Positions 30,587 through 41,155 of a DNA stretch of 64,000 bases are shown here, piece after piece (the stretch's first letter is position 1; the number at the start of each line of letters is the position of its first letter). The DNA is from Candidatus Heimdallarchaeota archaeon (GTDB taxonomy: Archaea > Asgardarchaeota > Heimdallarchaeia > Hodarchaeales > Hodarchaeaceae): contig RDOB01000003.1 of NCBI GenBank assembly GCA_011364965.1, positions 64,001 through 128,000 on the forward strand, written 5' to 3'. The translations under genes and the position numbers were made by a program. A model generated the notes under the pieces. That model ran no database searches. It saw only the letters and a program-made list of their open reading frames with translations, and was not told the DNA's origin.

Positions 30587-31948
30587 CTAAGTTTGCTTTG
30601 AAGTTTCCAAAATATAATCTAATGGATTTGGATAAATTAATTTATGGAGACTAGCAGATATAAACCTAATTGCTGCAATTCCTAATAGTAAAATAAATAA
30701 AACCGTATTAAATTCTGGTGTTTGATAATCAATATGCGAAAGCTGCAACCAAATATCCATAATTATTCCAGCTGATAATGATCCTATAAATGCGCTAAAT
30801 CCTTCCGCTGTTAATAGTATTGAATAATAACGCCCTTTTGTATCCTCAGTCGAACAATCTAATGAATAAGTAGCTATACTTGTTTCCTCTGCACCAAAAG
30901 CTAATCCTCCTGGTATATTCCCCAAGATAAGAAACCAAACATTACCCGTTACTAAGCCTGCAGCATAACCAAGAGGAACCACCGTATAGCCAAGACGAGA
31001 GATCAATAAAATAATTTTTTTGTTGTACTTATCTGCGAGTGTTCCTCCAATATTCTGACCAATTCCGCGTGGTAAATTAAAGATTGCCCACATAAGGGAA
31101 ACCATAAGCCAAGAATCTGCAACTTGAAGAGTTACAAAGGGAAATATGGGCCAAGCTGTTGACATAGCGAATTTAAAAAAGGTATCAATTGGAAGTAAAC
31201 GTTTAAAAGGTTTATTTCGTTGAACAAGAGTCATCCAGCTGGTACGGATCTCCTCACTAATCACAGTATGATTTTTTGCATCATATTTCTCCACTAATGT
31301 TAAAGAGATTACAATAGTAATCGCAAAGATCCCCGCACCAAGAAGGAAAGGAATGAAGAAAGCGCCTCTGCTAGCTTCATACAAAGCTGCATTTCTAGGA
31401 AAAGGAAATGGACTTAGATCCATAATGATTCCCAGAGCTAGAATCAAGAAAATTGAAGTTGTAGTCCCAAGAGAATTAATTCGGCCTATAAAAGAAGCCC
31501 GTGTTCTCTCAAAAGCATAATCCCCTAGAAATGCATTCCATGCAGGAATAATAGAGAAACCAACAGTGGTCATAATTATCGAGATAAGAACCAATTCAAA
31601 TGGGTTTCTTGAAAATGGTGCTAGAAATGTTGATATCATCAATGTAGATAAGCCAATGGTAATGACTAATTTTCGTCCTTTAAGATCAGCTAACCAGCCC
31701 CAAACTGATTGTAAAACGTTTGATCCCAAATTCCTAACTGAAGTAAGGATAGATTGTTCAAATGGAGAAGCTCCCAGAATAACTCCGAAATAGGATAAAA
31801 AAACAAACAAGGCAGATCGACCCCCCGCATAACCAATACTTGTGGCCCAAATGGATACCTTTTCTCTTCTCTCAGAGCTCTTACTTTGAGGATCTATTGG
31901 TTCAGAAAAATTCTCTAGCCTTATATCTGTATTTCTGTCTTCTTCCAT
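30587..31948 (-). CDS. MFS transporter
   Basis: About 12 TM segments; WGWLADLKGRK and GTLADKYNKK motif A. Confidence 0.9.
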   Translation of the reverse strand: MEEDRNTDIRLENFSEPIDPQSKSSERREKVSIWATSIGYAGGRSALFVFLSYFGVILGASPFEQSILTSVRNLGSNVLQSVWGWLADLKGRKLVITIGLSTLMISTFLAPFSRNPFELVLISIIMTTVGFSIIPAWNAFLGDYAFERTRASFIGRINSLGTTTSIFLILALGIIMDLSPFPFPRNAALYEASRGAFFIPFLLGAGIFAITIVISLTLVEKYDAKNHTVISEEIRTSWMTLVQRNKPFKRLLPIDTFFKFAMSTAWPIFPFVTLQVADSWLMVSLMWAIFNLPRGIGQNIGGTLADKYNKKIILLISRLGYTVVPLGYAAGLVTGNVWFLILGNIPGGLAFGAEETSIATYSLDCSTEDTKGRYYSILLTAEGFSAFIGSLSAGIIMDIWLQLSHIDYQTPEFNTVLFILLLGIAAIRFISASLHKLIYPNPLDYILETSKQT

Positions 31949-32133
31949 AATCTAAACTCGCAAAAAAGTCGTGTAGTTCCCTAATTCAAGATCATTTTTA
32001 TTGATGGATAATCTGGATAAAGAAAGAGGTATAGCTTAACTAAATTGAAGATTTTTTCTGTATTTATATTTCCTGCTCAACAAATTTTTACATTCTTACT
32101 CTTATAGGAAAGAAGAATCAATACAAAATTACT

Positions 32134-33906
32134 TTAAATTTCCTGTCCTGCAAATTGCTTTTCATATAGATTTGTAAAAATCCCTTTTTTGTTTAATAAC
32201 TCGTCAAAAGTCCCCATTTCCTTAATTTTCCCCTCTTCAATAACCAAAATTTGATCAACTGATCGAACGGTGCTTAATCGATGGGCAATAATTATGGCAG
32301 TTCGGTTTTGTAAAATATTTTGAAGACTTTCTTGAATAACAAGTTCTGTATGAGCATCTACTGATGATGTCGCCTCGTCCAATAGTAGAATTGATGGATC
32401 CGCAATAAGTGCCCTTGCAAAGCAGAGGAGCTGTCGTTCTCCAAAAGATAATCGTGATCCTCTTTCTCCCACTTGTGCATCTAAACCTAGTCGGCAAACA
32501 AAATCAAAAGCTCCAACTCTTAGAAGTGCTTTCTCGATTTGTTCTTCACTCGCGTCTGGATTACCATAAAGAAGATTCTCCCGAACCGTTCCTGAGAAAA
32601 GAAAACTAGATTGGGGAATAATAGAAAGCCATTTTCGATAGCTTGGAATATTATAGTCACGAATATCAACTCCATCAACCAAAATCTCTCCTTGATTAAA
32701 GTCATAGAAACGACAAAGCAGATTTGTGATTGTTGTTTTTCCCGCTCCTGTATGGCCGACTATAGCGAATGTAGCTTTAGCTGGAATAGTTAAATCAAAG
32801 TTTTTCAGTACAGGAGCTTGATCTGGAACATATGAAAAAGTTAAGTCCTTGAATTCGATGATACCCTGCATTTCAGATATCATTTTATCGCTTCTTGGTA
32901 TCACACTCGGTGTTCTATCTAAAATATCAAGAATTCTTTCTGTGGCTGCCATTGAAGAAAGTAAGTCATTGTAGAAATTAGACAACGTCATAATTGGTTG
33001 AGCGAGTCTACTCAAGTAAGATAGAAATGCGACTAATATGCCAACACTTAAAATTCCAGCTCCTATTGATATTCCTCCTACAGATAATACAACTGCTGTA
33101 CCCAAAGCGAGTATTGTATCCATGACAGGAAACATAATAGCAAATAGCATAAGAGCTTTAATACGAGCTTCATAATTATCCAAATTTAGAACTTTGAATT
33201 CATTTGACATAAATTCCTCGGCAGCGAACGCTTTTGAAACCTCAATTCCTGAAATAGCTTCTTGGTAATATCCAGTCACCTTTGCTAAAGCCCTCCTCGT
33301 ACGTTGCCACGCAGAGCGAGCCTTAATCCTGAAATAAACCACGAAAATTGCTAAAATAGGGAATATAATAAGAACAGTAAGAGCCAAAATGGGATTTAAG
33401 TAAAATAAAATGAAGAAGAGAGTTCCTAAAAACATGACATTAACAATCGCATCTATTATTCCTGTCGAAAGAAGATTCAATAACCGCTCAACATCATTCG
33501 TAACCCTAGAAATGATCCTACCTGCAGCCTCCTTATCGTAGAAATCCAAACTGAGCTCTTGTAACTTATAAAACGCATCAGTTCTTATCTGGGTGATAAG
33601 ACGAATGCCAGTAATCGTTGTATAGTAACTAGAAATTACATTTAAAGAAAAAGAAACCACTGAAATCACTAAATATGCTAGCGAGATAAGCTCCAAGCCT
33701 TCCAAGTTCTTAGGCAAGATATATTCATCTATTGCTACAGCTAATATGATAGGTTGGAGAATGGAAAGAATAGTGGAAAAAAACATGGTAATTAGGGCAG
33801 TAATGAAGATTCTAAAATGAGGTTTTGTGTATCCCATTAACCGCGTGAATAATTCCCAATCAGAGTATTCACGAGCCAAATAATCCTTTTTATCTTCATC
33901 ACTCAT
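32134..33906 (-). CDS. ABC exporter, fused TMD-NBD (heterodimer subunit B)
   Basis: GHTGAGKTT, LSFGERQ, LLLDEATS, IAHRLST. Confidence 0.93.
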   Translation of the reverse strand: MSDEDKKDYLAREYSDWELFTRLMGYTKPHFRIFITALITMFFSTILSILQPIILAVAIDEYILPKNLEGLELISLAYLVISVVSFSLNVISSYYTTITGIRLITQIRTDAFYKLQELSLDFYDKEAAGRIISRVTNDVERLLNLLSTGIIDAIVNVMFLGTLFFILFYLNPILALTVLIIFPILAIFVVYFRIKARSAWQRTRRALAKVTGYYQEAISGIEVSKAFAAEEFMSNEFKVLNLDNYEARIKALMLFAIMFPVMDTILALGTAVVLSVGGISIGAGILSVGILVAFLSYLSRLAQPIMTLSNFYNDLLSSMAATERILDILDRTPSVIPRSDKMISEMQGIIEFKDLTFSYVPDQAPVLKNFDLTIPAKATFAIVGHTGAGKTTITNLLCRFYDFNQGEILVDGVDIRDYNIPSYRKWLSIIPQSSFLFSGTVRENLLYGNPDASEEQIEKALLRVGAFDFVCRLGLDAQVGERGSRLSFGERQLLCFARALIADPSILLLDEATSSVDAHTELVIQESLQNILQNRTAIIIAHRLSTVRSVDQILVIEEGKIKEMGTFDELLNKKGIFTNLYEKQFAGQEI

Positions 33907-35711
33907 ACTATATATCCCTCCTTGTCTTGTGCGATTCTTTCCAAAGCAAGCTTGATGTCAAGTATACCTGCTTCTTGTGTTTTCCAAAGAAGAGGATAAA
34001 TTTTTCCTGTTTTTATGAGGGTATCATGATTTCCTTGCTCGATGATGTGTCCTTGGGACAGAATAATAATACGATCTACAATTTTTAGGGTACTCAGTCG
34101 TTGAGTAACGAAGATAACTGTAGATTTGATGTCCGAACGATCTAGATATTGCTTAAAAGCGCTTTGAAATTGACTTTCGGTCACTATATCTAAAGAACTT
34201 GTAGCATCATCTAGAATCATTAAAGGTGAGTCTTTCAAAAGCATTCTAGCAATCGCAACGCGTTGTTTTTGGCCTCCAGAAAGTGTTACTCCCCTTTCTC
34301 CAACAATAGTATTCACTCCCTCTGCTAAACTATCGATAAATTCCCTCAACTGAGCCACATTGACAACATCTTGAATAATAGCCTCATCTACCTCTGTTAC
34401 ACTAAAAGTGATATTTTCAGCAATGGTTCGTCCAAAAAGAAAGACATCTTGATGAACAAATCCAATTGCTTTTCTTAATGAATTGAGCTGCAGGTCTCGT
34501 ACATCTACACCATCAATAGTAATTCTACCCTTGGAAACATCATAAAAACGAGGAATTAAATTAATTAAAGTAGTTTTTCCAGATCCTGTTGGCCCCAAAA
34601 TAGCAACTTTTTCCCCAGGATTTATCTGGAGAGAAATATTAGATAAAACCTCTTTTTCATTATAACGAAATGACACATTTTCAAACCGGATTGTAAAAGG
34701 TCTGTTTTGATCTAGAATATGTGGATTTGAAGCTGTAGGAAGTTCTGTTTTCGATTCAAGAAGCTTAAACACTCGCTCACCTGCAGCAGAGACTCTCTGA
34801 TACATAATAAGTGAAAAAGCTAGAAACCGTGTAGGCATTGCCAACATAGTGAAATAAGTAAAAAGTGTGATAAGAAATCCGGGAGAGATACTACCATCAA
34901 TTACTAATGATCCGCCGGCATATATTAATATGGTAATTAAAAGACTTACAATCAATAGAATCATCGGTAAAAAGATTGATCGAATCTTGAATGCATAAGC
35001 TCGGAGATTCATGTAACCAAGGTTCTCTTGATCGAACTTACGTTTTTCTCTCTCTTCTGCATTGAATGCTTTCACTATCTGAGTTCCTGTAACATTTTCT
35101 TGAATCACAGTCGTAAGCTGTCCATATTGCTGTCGAATATCAAAATAAAGAGGGCCTAACTTTGTTGAAACAAAATAAGAGAGAATGAAGAGAGTTGGTG
35201 TAACTATGCCAATGAAAATGAATAAGCGGACATCAATTAGAAATAATACCAAATATATACCTATATACGTGAGACTTGCCTGAACAAGAATTCGTTCGCC
35301 CCAAACTAGGAATTCTGAGATTGGTTCCAAATCCGTTGTGGCTCTAGCCATAAGATCGCCAGTATGATGTTCATCAAAAAATGTTAAGCTTGCAGTCTCA
35401 TATTTTTCGAACAAATTCTTTCGAATTTCATAAATAATTTGCTCTCCCTGTAAATATCCCATATATCGAGCAATAAAATAAGTTAAACCTCGGATTAAGC
35501 TTGCAACCACGATTAGGAGCACGCCAGAAAAAACCAACGCGGTTTTAAATAGATTTTCTTCAATAGAAAACAAGATTTCATCGATAGTGCCCCCAATAAA
35601 TAAAGGAATAAGTAATTCGGCTATTTGAGCTATTGAAATAAAAAGAATAACACTTAATGCCAGCTGTTTTCTTTGCCCAATATATATAAGCAAGTGTTTT
35701 AGTACATGCAC
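33903..35711 (-). CDS. ABC exporter, fused TMD-NBD (heterodimer subunit A, degenerate site)
   Basis: GPTGSGKTT, LSGGQKQR, ILDDATS (E to D), TQRLS (H to Q); overlaps the next gene by 4 bp. Confidence 0.93.
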   Translation of the reverse strand: MHVLKHLLIYIGQRKQLALSVILFISIAQIAELLIPLFIGGTIDEILFSIEENLFKTALVFSGVLLIVVASLIRGLTYFIARYMGYLQGEQIIYEIRKNLFEKYETASLTFFDEHHTGDLMARATTDLEPISEFLVWGERILVQASLTYIGIYLVLFLIDVRLFIFIGIVTPTLFILSYFVSTKLGPLYFDIRQQYGQLTTVIQENVTGTQIVKAFNAEEREKRKFDQENLGYMNLRAYAFKIRSIFLPMILLIVSLLITILIYAGGSLVIDGSISPGFLITLFTYFTMLAMPTRFLAFSLIMYQRVSAAGERVFKLLESKTELPTASNPHILDQNRPFTIRFENVSFRYNEKEVLSNISLQINPGEKVAILGPTGSGKTTLINLIPRFYDVSKGRITIDGVDVRDLQLNSLRKAIGFVHQDVFLFGRTIAENITFSVTEVDEAIIQDVVNVAQLREFIDSLAEGVNTIVGERGVTLSGGQKQRVAIARMLLKDSPLMILDDATSSLDIVTESQFQSAFKQYLDRSDIKSTVIFVTQRLSTLKIVDRIIILSQGHIIEQGNHDTLIKTGKIYPLLWKTQEAGILDIKLALERIAQDKEGYIV

Positions 35712-35954
35712 AAATGTTCCTCTTTATTGAGGTTGAAAAAATTCCTATACTCTCACATAGAGCGAGGAAAAGATATCTAGAGTAATTAAAACAACATTAA
35801 TTCAAGAAATTTATCTATTCGCTTCAAAACAATGCTAGAGGGAATTCTTAAGACACAATTTCTATGCATTAACGATCATCCAAAAACCTTACTACGGAAA
35901 ACAAACAGATTGTGCTTTGAACGGGAGAGAACTCAGCAAGATCGACCAAATTAA

Positions 35955-37160
35955 GTGGTTATATTCTGTAAGATAATTAAACAAAATAATATCAGGATGG
36001 TTTGCATAAAATTGGCCGTGAAGATTCCGTTATTAATACTCTTAGGACTATCCTCAATATTAGCCATGAGTGCTATTGTAACAATTGAAACGAATTACTC
36101 TACGAGATTAATTCAGGGCGAAGATTGTTCAACCTATCACAATGACCTTTTTATTAATCTTTATTCTAATTTAGAACGATTAGGGGTGGAAAAAGATAAC
36201 GGAATCCTCAGTATAATCTTCTCTCCCGCAGCTCCCGAGCTGATCTTTACTGCGGATGTGATCTTGCAAAGAATACCTGAGGCAAGTCAATTAATTCAAG
36301 ATAATATTACTTACAATTTCTCTCCTTTTGTTTATCCGGAAGAACGAATCGCAACATGGAACTTCACAAGACTAAACCAAGCTGATGGGGAATTTTCAGC
36401 GGATATCATATTATCAGTCAAGGTTCCTGATAATTATCGTATCCATCCAGGTTATGAAGCAACATATGCAATAGAATTAAGACACACCCTTGAACCGAGA
36501 GAACTATCAATTTATGAATATATTTTTAGCTTCCAATGGTTTGATATAAATCTCACAAATCAACTCCTTTCTTATTTATCATATTTATTCATTGCATTTG
36601 TTGCGATTCTTGGGATGCCGCGCTTGAATGCACTCATCGAGATATCTACAAATAAAAAGATCTCTAAAAAAACGCTGCAACAATATCATTACAAAGCAGG
36701 AAAATTTAGCGGGATTGTAATATCCCTGCACGTCATTTTGAGCATCATTTCTCCTATGTGGTTAAATATCCTAAAATTATGGATTTTGCCTACTGGATAT
36801 GTTCCTACAAACATTGAGAAAGTTTTGACATTCCAAGACTCAAATTTCGGATTGGAATTAGGACGATGGGCTGGCTTGCTTTTACTTTATACATTTATTA
36901 GTGGTGTAAATTTCGGTTGGATCACCCGTAAAATTGGACGAAATTGGGCATTAAGTCTACAACAACTATCCTATCTTAGCTTGTTTATGATTGCGATACA
37001 TGCATTAATTATTGGAACATTAGCACGAGATATTTCTCTATTTACGGTGTTTATTTGGAGTGTATTAATTATGGTTTTCAGTTTGCGACTTATTCTTTTT
37101 TGGTTTAACAGAGAATTAAAAAATCAACGCCAATTGACTGAGGTTCCCTCCAACTTCTAA
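35955..37160 (+). CDS. Membrane protein with exported domain and ferric-reductase-like C-terminal TM domain
   Basis: N-terminal signal/TM; about 6 C-terminal TMs with His in YHYKAG, SLHVILS and AIHALII; start uncertain. Confidence 0.6.
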   Translation: MVIFCKIIKQNNIRMVCIKLAVKIPLLILLGLSSILAMSAIVTIETNYSTRLIQGEDCSTYHNDLFINLYSNLERLGVEKDNGILSIIFSPAAPELIFTADVILQRIPEASQLIQDNITYNFSPFVYPEERIATWNFTRLNQADGEFSADIILSVKVPDNYRIHPGYEATYAIELRHTLEPRELSIYEYIFSFQWFDINLTNQLLSYLSYLFIAFVAILGMPRLNALIEISTNKKISKKTLQQYHYKAGKFSGIVISLHVILSIISPMWLNILKLWILPTGYVPTNIEKVLTFQDSNFGLELGRWAGLLLLYTFISGVNFGWITRKIGRNWALSLQQLSYLSLFMIAIHALIIGTLARDISLFTVFIWSVLIMVFSLRLILFWFNRELKNQRQLTEVPSNF

Positions 37161-37209
37161 GAAGTAATTTTGAGAAAAATTTTTATGATACACTTGAAGC
37201 TAATATTGG

Positions 37210-37872
37210 TTGTCAATGAAACAACTATTTTTTAAATCATTGGGTCTTCCTTTATTTATCTTATATGTCAATCTTGGATTTCTAGTGCTTGAAAGAGAAT
37301 TAACCAACCGAATATGGGTATTAATCCCAATTCTCCTACTAAATGTAATCCTAAGTGCAGATATTGTCATTCGTCCAATTTCCAGACAAAAAGACAGGTT
37401 TAATAGGTTAATATTAGCGGGTTCTTTTCTAATGGTCCCAGTAGGCGTAGTTATTCCTTTTCTTGAATTTGTTCTCTTCTGGGAAGGTGTGTTCCCAATA
37501 CCCCTTTCCATGAGCGTACTTATTATAGGGGGAGTATTAGAATTGGTAGGAGGGATTTTCTTAATAGGAAGTCGGATTCAATTGGGAAAGTACGGAGGGC
37601 CAAAAATTGTCTTGGAAGAAGACCATCGTTTAGTAACTGGGGGATTCTATAGATTTATCAGACACCCCATGTATACAGGTTTTTTATTGTTCTTTTTTGG
37701 ATATTCAATAAGCTTTAGTAGTATCCTGATGACAGGGTTGATCACACTGGTATTATTTATACTTTTCAAGATTAGAATGGACATTGAGGAGGAAATTCTT
37801 CTGCAAAAATTCAATGATGATTATCGCGCTTATATAAAACGAACTCAGCGGCTTTTTCGCTTCATCTATTAG
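37210..37872 (+). CDS. Isoprenylcysteine carboxyl methyltransferase (ICMT/Ste14) family membrane methyltransferase
   Basis: HRLVTGGFYRFIRHPMYTG, RMDIEEEIL..F..Y. Confidence 0.88.
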   Translation: MSMKQLFFKSLGLPLFILYVNLGFLVLERELTNRIWVLIPILLLNVILSADIVIRPISRQKDRFNRLILAGSFLMVPVGVVIPFLEFVLFWEGVFPIPLSMSVLIIGGVLELVGGIFLIGSRIQLGKYGGPKIVLEEDHRLVTGGFYRFIRHPMYTGFLLFFFGYSISFSSILMTGLITLVLFILFKIRMDIEEEILLQKFNDDYRAYIKRTQRLFRFIY

Positions 37873-38134
37873 AAAATTGAAAACTTTGCATTCAAGAAAC
37901 GAGTTGAATTCTCCTCCTAAATGGTGGAATTTCGTTCTTCTACATTTTTTTGTAAGTTTTTATGAGCTCTTGCCTTCATAAACCAAAAATCGCAGGAATA
38001 TTCCCCTTTTTTCTTGCGATTGAATCCTTATCAAACCCCAGTCATTTAATTACCTAGAATTACCATCATAAAAGCATATATAGGGTAGGACACCTTCTGC
38101 ATTTTGAAGAGTTAAACATTTTACTGTCACTGGA

Positions 38135-38773
38135 TTGAGGTTGATGTCAATACAGCAACAAATTGCCGGTTGGGCTGATAAATTACGGGATATTTCTGCA
38201 ACAGGGTCTAAATTTACGAAGAATGTTTATGATAAAGAAAATTATGAAAAAATTCAAAACATCGTTGGTGAAATGCTTACATTTGATCCTTTTAGGAAAA
38301 ATACTGATATTAAATCCATCCCGCTCCCCTATCTTACCCGTCCAGGGCCTTTAATAGGGGGAGATGGAGCTATTATCAACTCCGAAGAAGAAATATTATT
38401 AATTCAAAGAGCAGATAATAGAATGTGGGCAATGCCAGGGGGATTATTAGAGGTTGGAGAAACTCCAGCTGAAGGGGTATTAAGAGAAATTTTTGAGGAA
38501 ACAGGAATTACATGTCAAATTACAAAACTAATAGGAATTTATGATTCTAGACTCTGCGGAACTTCGTCTCCATTTCATATCTATCATCTCCTCTTCTTAT
38601 GTACTCCATTAATGAGAAATCCAATTACCATCCCTAGTCATAAAAGAGAGATAATATCTTACAAATGGTTTAAGGAGGCTTTTTTACCAGAAAGTATTGA
38701 CCCAGGCCACATAACACGAATCCCCGAGGCTTTTCGAACGTGGAAAGGAGAGAAAGAGGCCTATTTTGACTAA
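38135..38773 (+). CDS. NUDIX hydrolase with N-terminal Nudix_N domain
   Basis: GSKFTKNVYDKENY; WAMPGGLLEVGETPAEGVLREIFEETG. Confidence 0.9.
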   Translation: MRLMSIQQQIAGWADKLRDISATGSKFTKNVYDKENYEKIQNIVGEMLTFDPFRKNTDIKSIPLPYLTRPGPLIGGDGAIINSEEEILLIQRADNRMWAMPGGLLEVGETPAEGVLREIFEETGITCQITKLIGIYDSRLCGTSSPFHIYHLLFLCTPLMRNPITIPSHKREIISYKWFKEAFLPESIDPGHITRIPEAFRTWKGEKEAYFD

Positions 38774-38793
38774 TAACCACAAGGAAGGAGATT

Positions 38794-39528
38794 ATAAAGA
38801 TTTACTCAGAGGAATCATGTTTATGGGTAGGGAATATTCCACTTGAAAACGTAGATTGGGTCTTTGAAACAGAAGAGCTAGTTCAACTTCCACCAGAAAT
38901 CGAATCCAAAAGAAAAATCCATTGGAATAATATACTCAAAGAATTTCCACATATATATGATGGTGATCTTCTCCTATTGAAATCCTTCGAGATCACAAAA
39001 CGGCGCATCGATTTAAAACTTGAACCAACAAAATTCTCAAGAGTAATCATGCATGATAAAGGAAAAATACCGTTTAAATCCTCATTAGGGTGCTTGGGAT
39101 TTCAATGTGTTGTATTAAATAAAAATCGGAACGCATTCCTGATAGGAGAACGAGCTCACACTTCGGATTATAAACCAGGATGGTTAACACTACCAGGAGG
39201 GATTTTTGAACTGGATGATACTAAAAAAACAGTCCATAAAGCATGCTTACGTGAACTAACAGAAGAGATTGCCATAAATGTGAAAATCGAATCTCTCAGA
39301 CTACGAGCAATACTAAGAGAACAAAATAATTTAGGAACAATCTTACTTATCGAAGCTGAAACTGATTCAAATGTACCTAGAGAGAGAATAAAACGAACAA
39401 AAGTAGGAGGGAATGAAGAGTGGGAAAATAATGAATTAGAGTGGATTGATATAGCTGACCTCAACACACTATCCAAACCATTAATGGAAGGAATTACATT
39501 TCTAAAATTAAATCCAATCTACAAATAA
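38794..39528 (+). CDS. NUDIX-fold hydrolase; N-terminus extends upstream of the TTG at 38977, probably with a non-canonical start
   Basis: LPGGIFE..CLRELTEE; frame is open back to TGA 38767-38769 and reads WNNILKEFPHIYDGDLL; AGGAG lies before ATT/ATA at 38791/38794. Confidence 0.7.
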   Translation: MKIYSEESCLWVGNIPLENVDWVFETEELVQLPPEIESKRKIHWNNILKEFPHIYDGDLLLLKSFEITKRRIDLKLEPTKFSRVIMHDKGKIPFKSSLGCLGFQCVVLNKNRNAFLIGERAHTSDYKPGWLTLPGGIFELDDTKKTVHKACLRELTEEIAINVKIESLRLRAILREQNNLGTILLIEAETDSNVPRERIKRTKVGGNEEWENNELEWIDIADLNTLSKPLMEGITFLKLNPIYK

Positions 39529-39657
39529 AGAATTCTCTGAATTAATCGGCCTATTGGTTATTATAAAGTGAAGCATACGAAAAAACTGTAATTGTGCATT
39601 TATAACACACGATGAGAGGGGAGATTGAATGAGAATTAGAAAATGAGAGATTAGTTG

Positions 39658-40395
39658 ATGATAATAGTCAGAACACCAGAGGATTTATATCATATTCAAG
39701 GAAAGATTCAGAGAGGTACATTCCAAGGACGCTGGCATTTTGCTTTTGATCAGTAATTTGATAAGAATTATGTTCACTTTGGTACATTACGTGTATTGAA
39801 CGATGATACGCTATCCCCAGGTGCAATTTGGCCCCTACATCCCCATCGCCATAATGAAGTAGTAACCTATATTGTGGAGGGTGAATTTAAACATGCAGAT
39901 GAATATGGAGGAGGAGGAATATTAGAACAGGGATGGGTTCAACATACGACCATAGGAAGGGGTATGTTTCACTCAGAAATAAATAATGACCCAGATAAAC
40001 CGATGCGTTTCATCCAGCTATGGTTCTATCCCGAAAAACTCAATTTAGAACCATCAATCAGACAAAAACAAGTAGAAAAGCAAGAACGGACTAATAGGAT
40101 TTTACCCTTAGTTTCAAATGAGCATACGAATGCCCTCAGAATCCGATCGAACGCACAGGTGCATTCATGTTTTTTAGAAAAGGGAAAAGTAGTAACCTAT
40201 GAATTGAAAAGTACACGAGGGCTTTACTTATGCACCCTTAAGGGAGGAGCAATTCAGGTCAATGATCATGAAATCCCCGAATTCGGGGCTGCAAAGATTC
40301 AAGATGAGAATAAACTACAGATAACAACCCAGTTCGATGTTGAGCTCTTATTTATCGATGTAAGCTTGCAGGAAGAATATATTGGACAATATTAA
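39658..40395 (+). pseudogene. Pirin family gene interrupted by one in-frame TAA (39754-39756)
   Basis: MIIVRTP..GRWHFAFDQ*FDKNYVHFGTLRVLNDD..HPHRHNEVVTYIVEG..H; the stop sits where pirins usually have Tyr. Confidence 0.85.
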
Positions 40396-40414
40396 AGATT
40401 ATTATTTCCGTTCA

Positions 40415-41155
40415 TTAGACTTCTTTATGTCCATTAGACCAATCAGTAACGATATCATTAGCTTCCTTGGCATATTCTATAACAGGGGGTTCAAACAATT
40501 CAAAAAAATCGCAATTACTACTTCGAGCAAATATAATCATTTTGGGATAATTACTTGGAAAGACCACACGCCGGCAGTTACGAATAGCTTTGACATATTT
40601 GATAAAAGTATGAAGCTCAACATCAACGAATTCAAGTAAATCAATATTCTCGAAGATGACATATCCCCCATACTCAAGAAGATCATTCTCAGTAACCTGA
40701 ACGGTGGATTGATGACCGATACAAACACGTTTATGACGATTAATCCAGATTTGTTCCAAATCATGGGCACTCAGGCGGGGAAATTTCTTATCCTCACGAC
40801 TAGTTGTAATTTCATTCATCAGGATGGATATTAATTCACCAATTGGTATTTCGAGTCGATGTGCAAGATTGACAAAATCATTATAAACAGATTCATCTAA
40901 TTCACTAAGCAAGAGGGAAAATTCGTTGCCAATAGTTGATACATTCTTTAACCATTGGTCTTGTTGGAGTTTGAAGGTATCTAATTCATTAAGTAAAAAA
41001 TCACGTTCGACCAAAAGGGCATCAAGAAGAGCGATAAGTTCAGATTCTTTCACAACATCAGAATGAATTTTCTCATGGATATCCTGAATCTGTAGAGAAA
41101 GTTTATTCCGCAATTGAGAAAGATTGAGTAGCTGAACGGTCACAAACTCACCCAT
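40415..41155 (-). CDS. Hypothetical protein, paralogue of the upstream gene with an added N-terminal coiled coil
   Basis: LDESVYNDF..LEIPIGELISILMNE; IGHQSTVQVTENDL..IRNCRRVVFPSNYPK; ATG 41155 overlaps the upstream stop. Confidence 0.7.
   Translation of the reverse strand: MGEFVTVQLLNLSQLRNKLSLQIQDIHEKIHSDVVKESELIALLDALLVERDFLLNELDTFKLQQDQWLKNVSTIGNEFSLLLSELDESVYNDFVNLAHRLEIPIGELISILMNEITTSREDKKFPRLSAHDLEQIWINRHKRVCIGHQSTVQVTENDLLEYGGYVIFENIDLLEFVDVELHTFIKYVKAIRNCRRVVFPSNYPKMIIFARSSNCDFFELFEPPVIEYAKEANDIVTDWSNGHKEV

Noticed and set aside
37210-37872. ICMT-like gene as a prenylation partner of the Rab-like GTPase
   Set aside because: The GTPase has no C-terminal cysteine, the genes are 13 kb apart, and ICMT-family proteins are common in prokaryotes
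39754-39756. Stop-codon recoding (selenocysteine or pyrrolysine) in the pirin gene
   Set aside because: The codon is TAA, not TGA or TAG, and TAA ends many genes in this window
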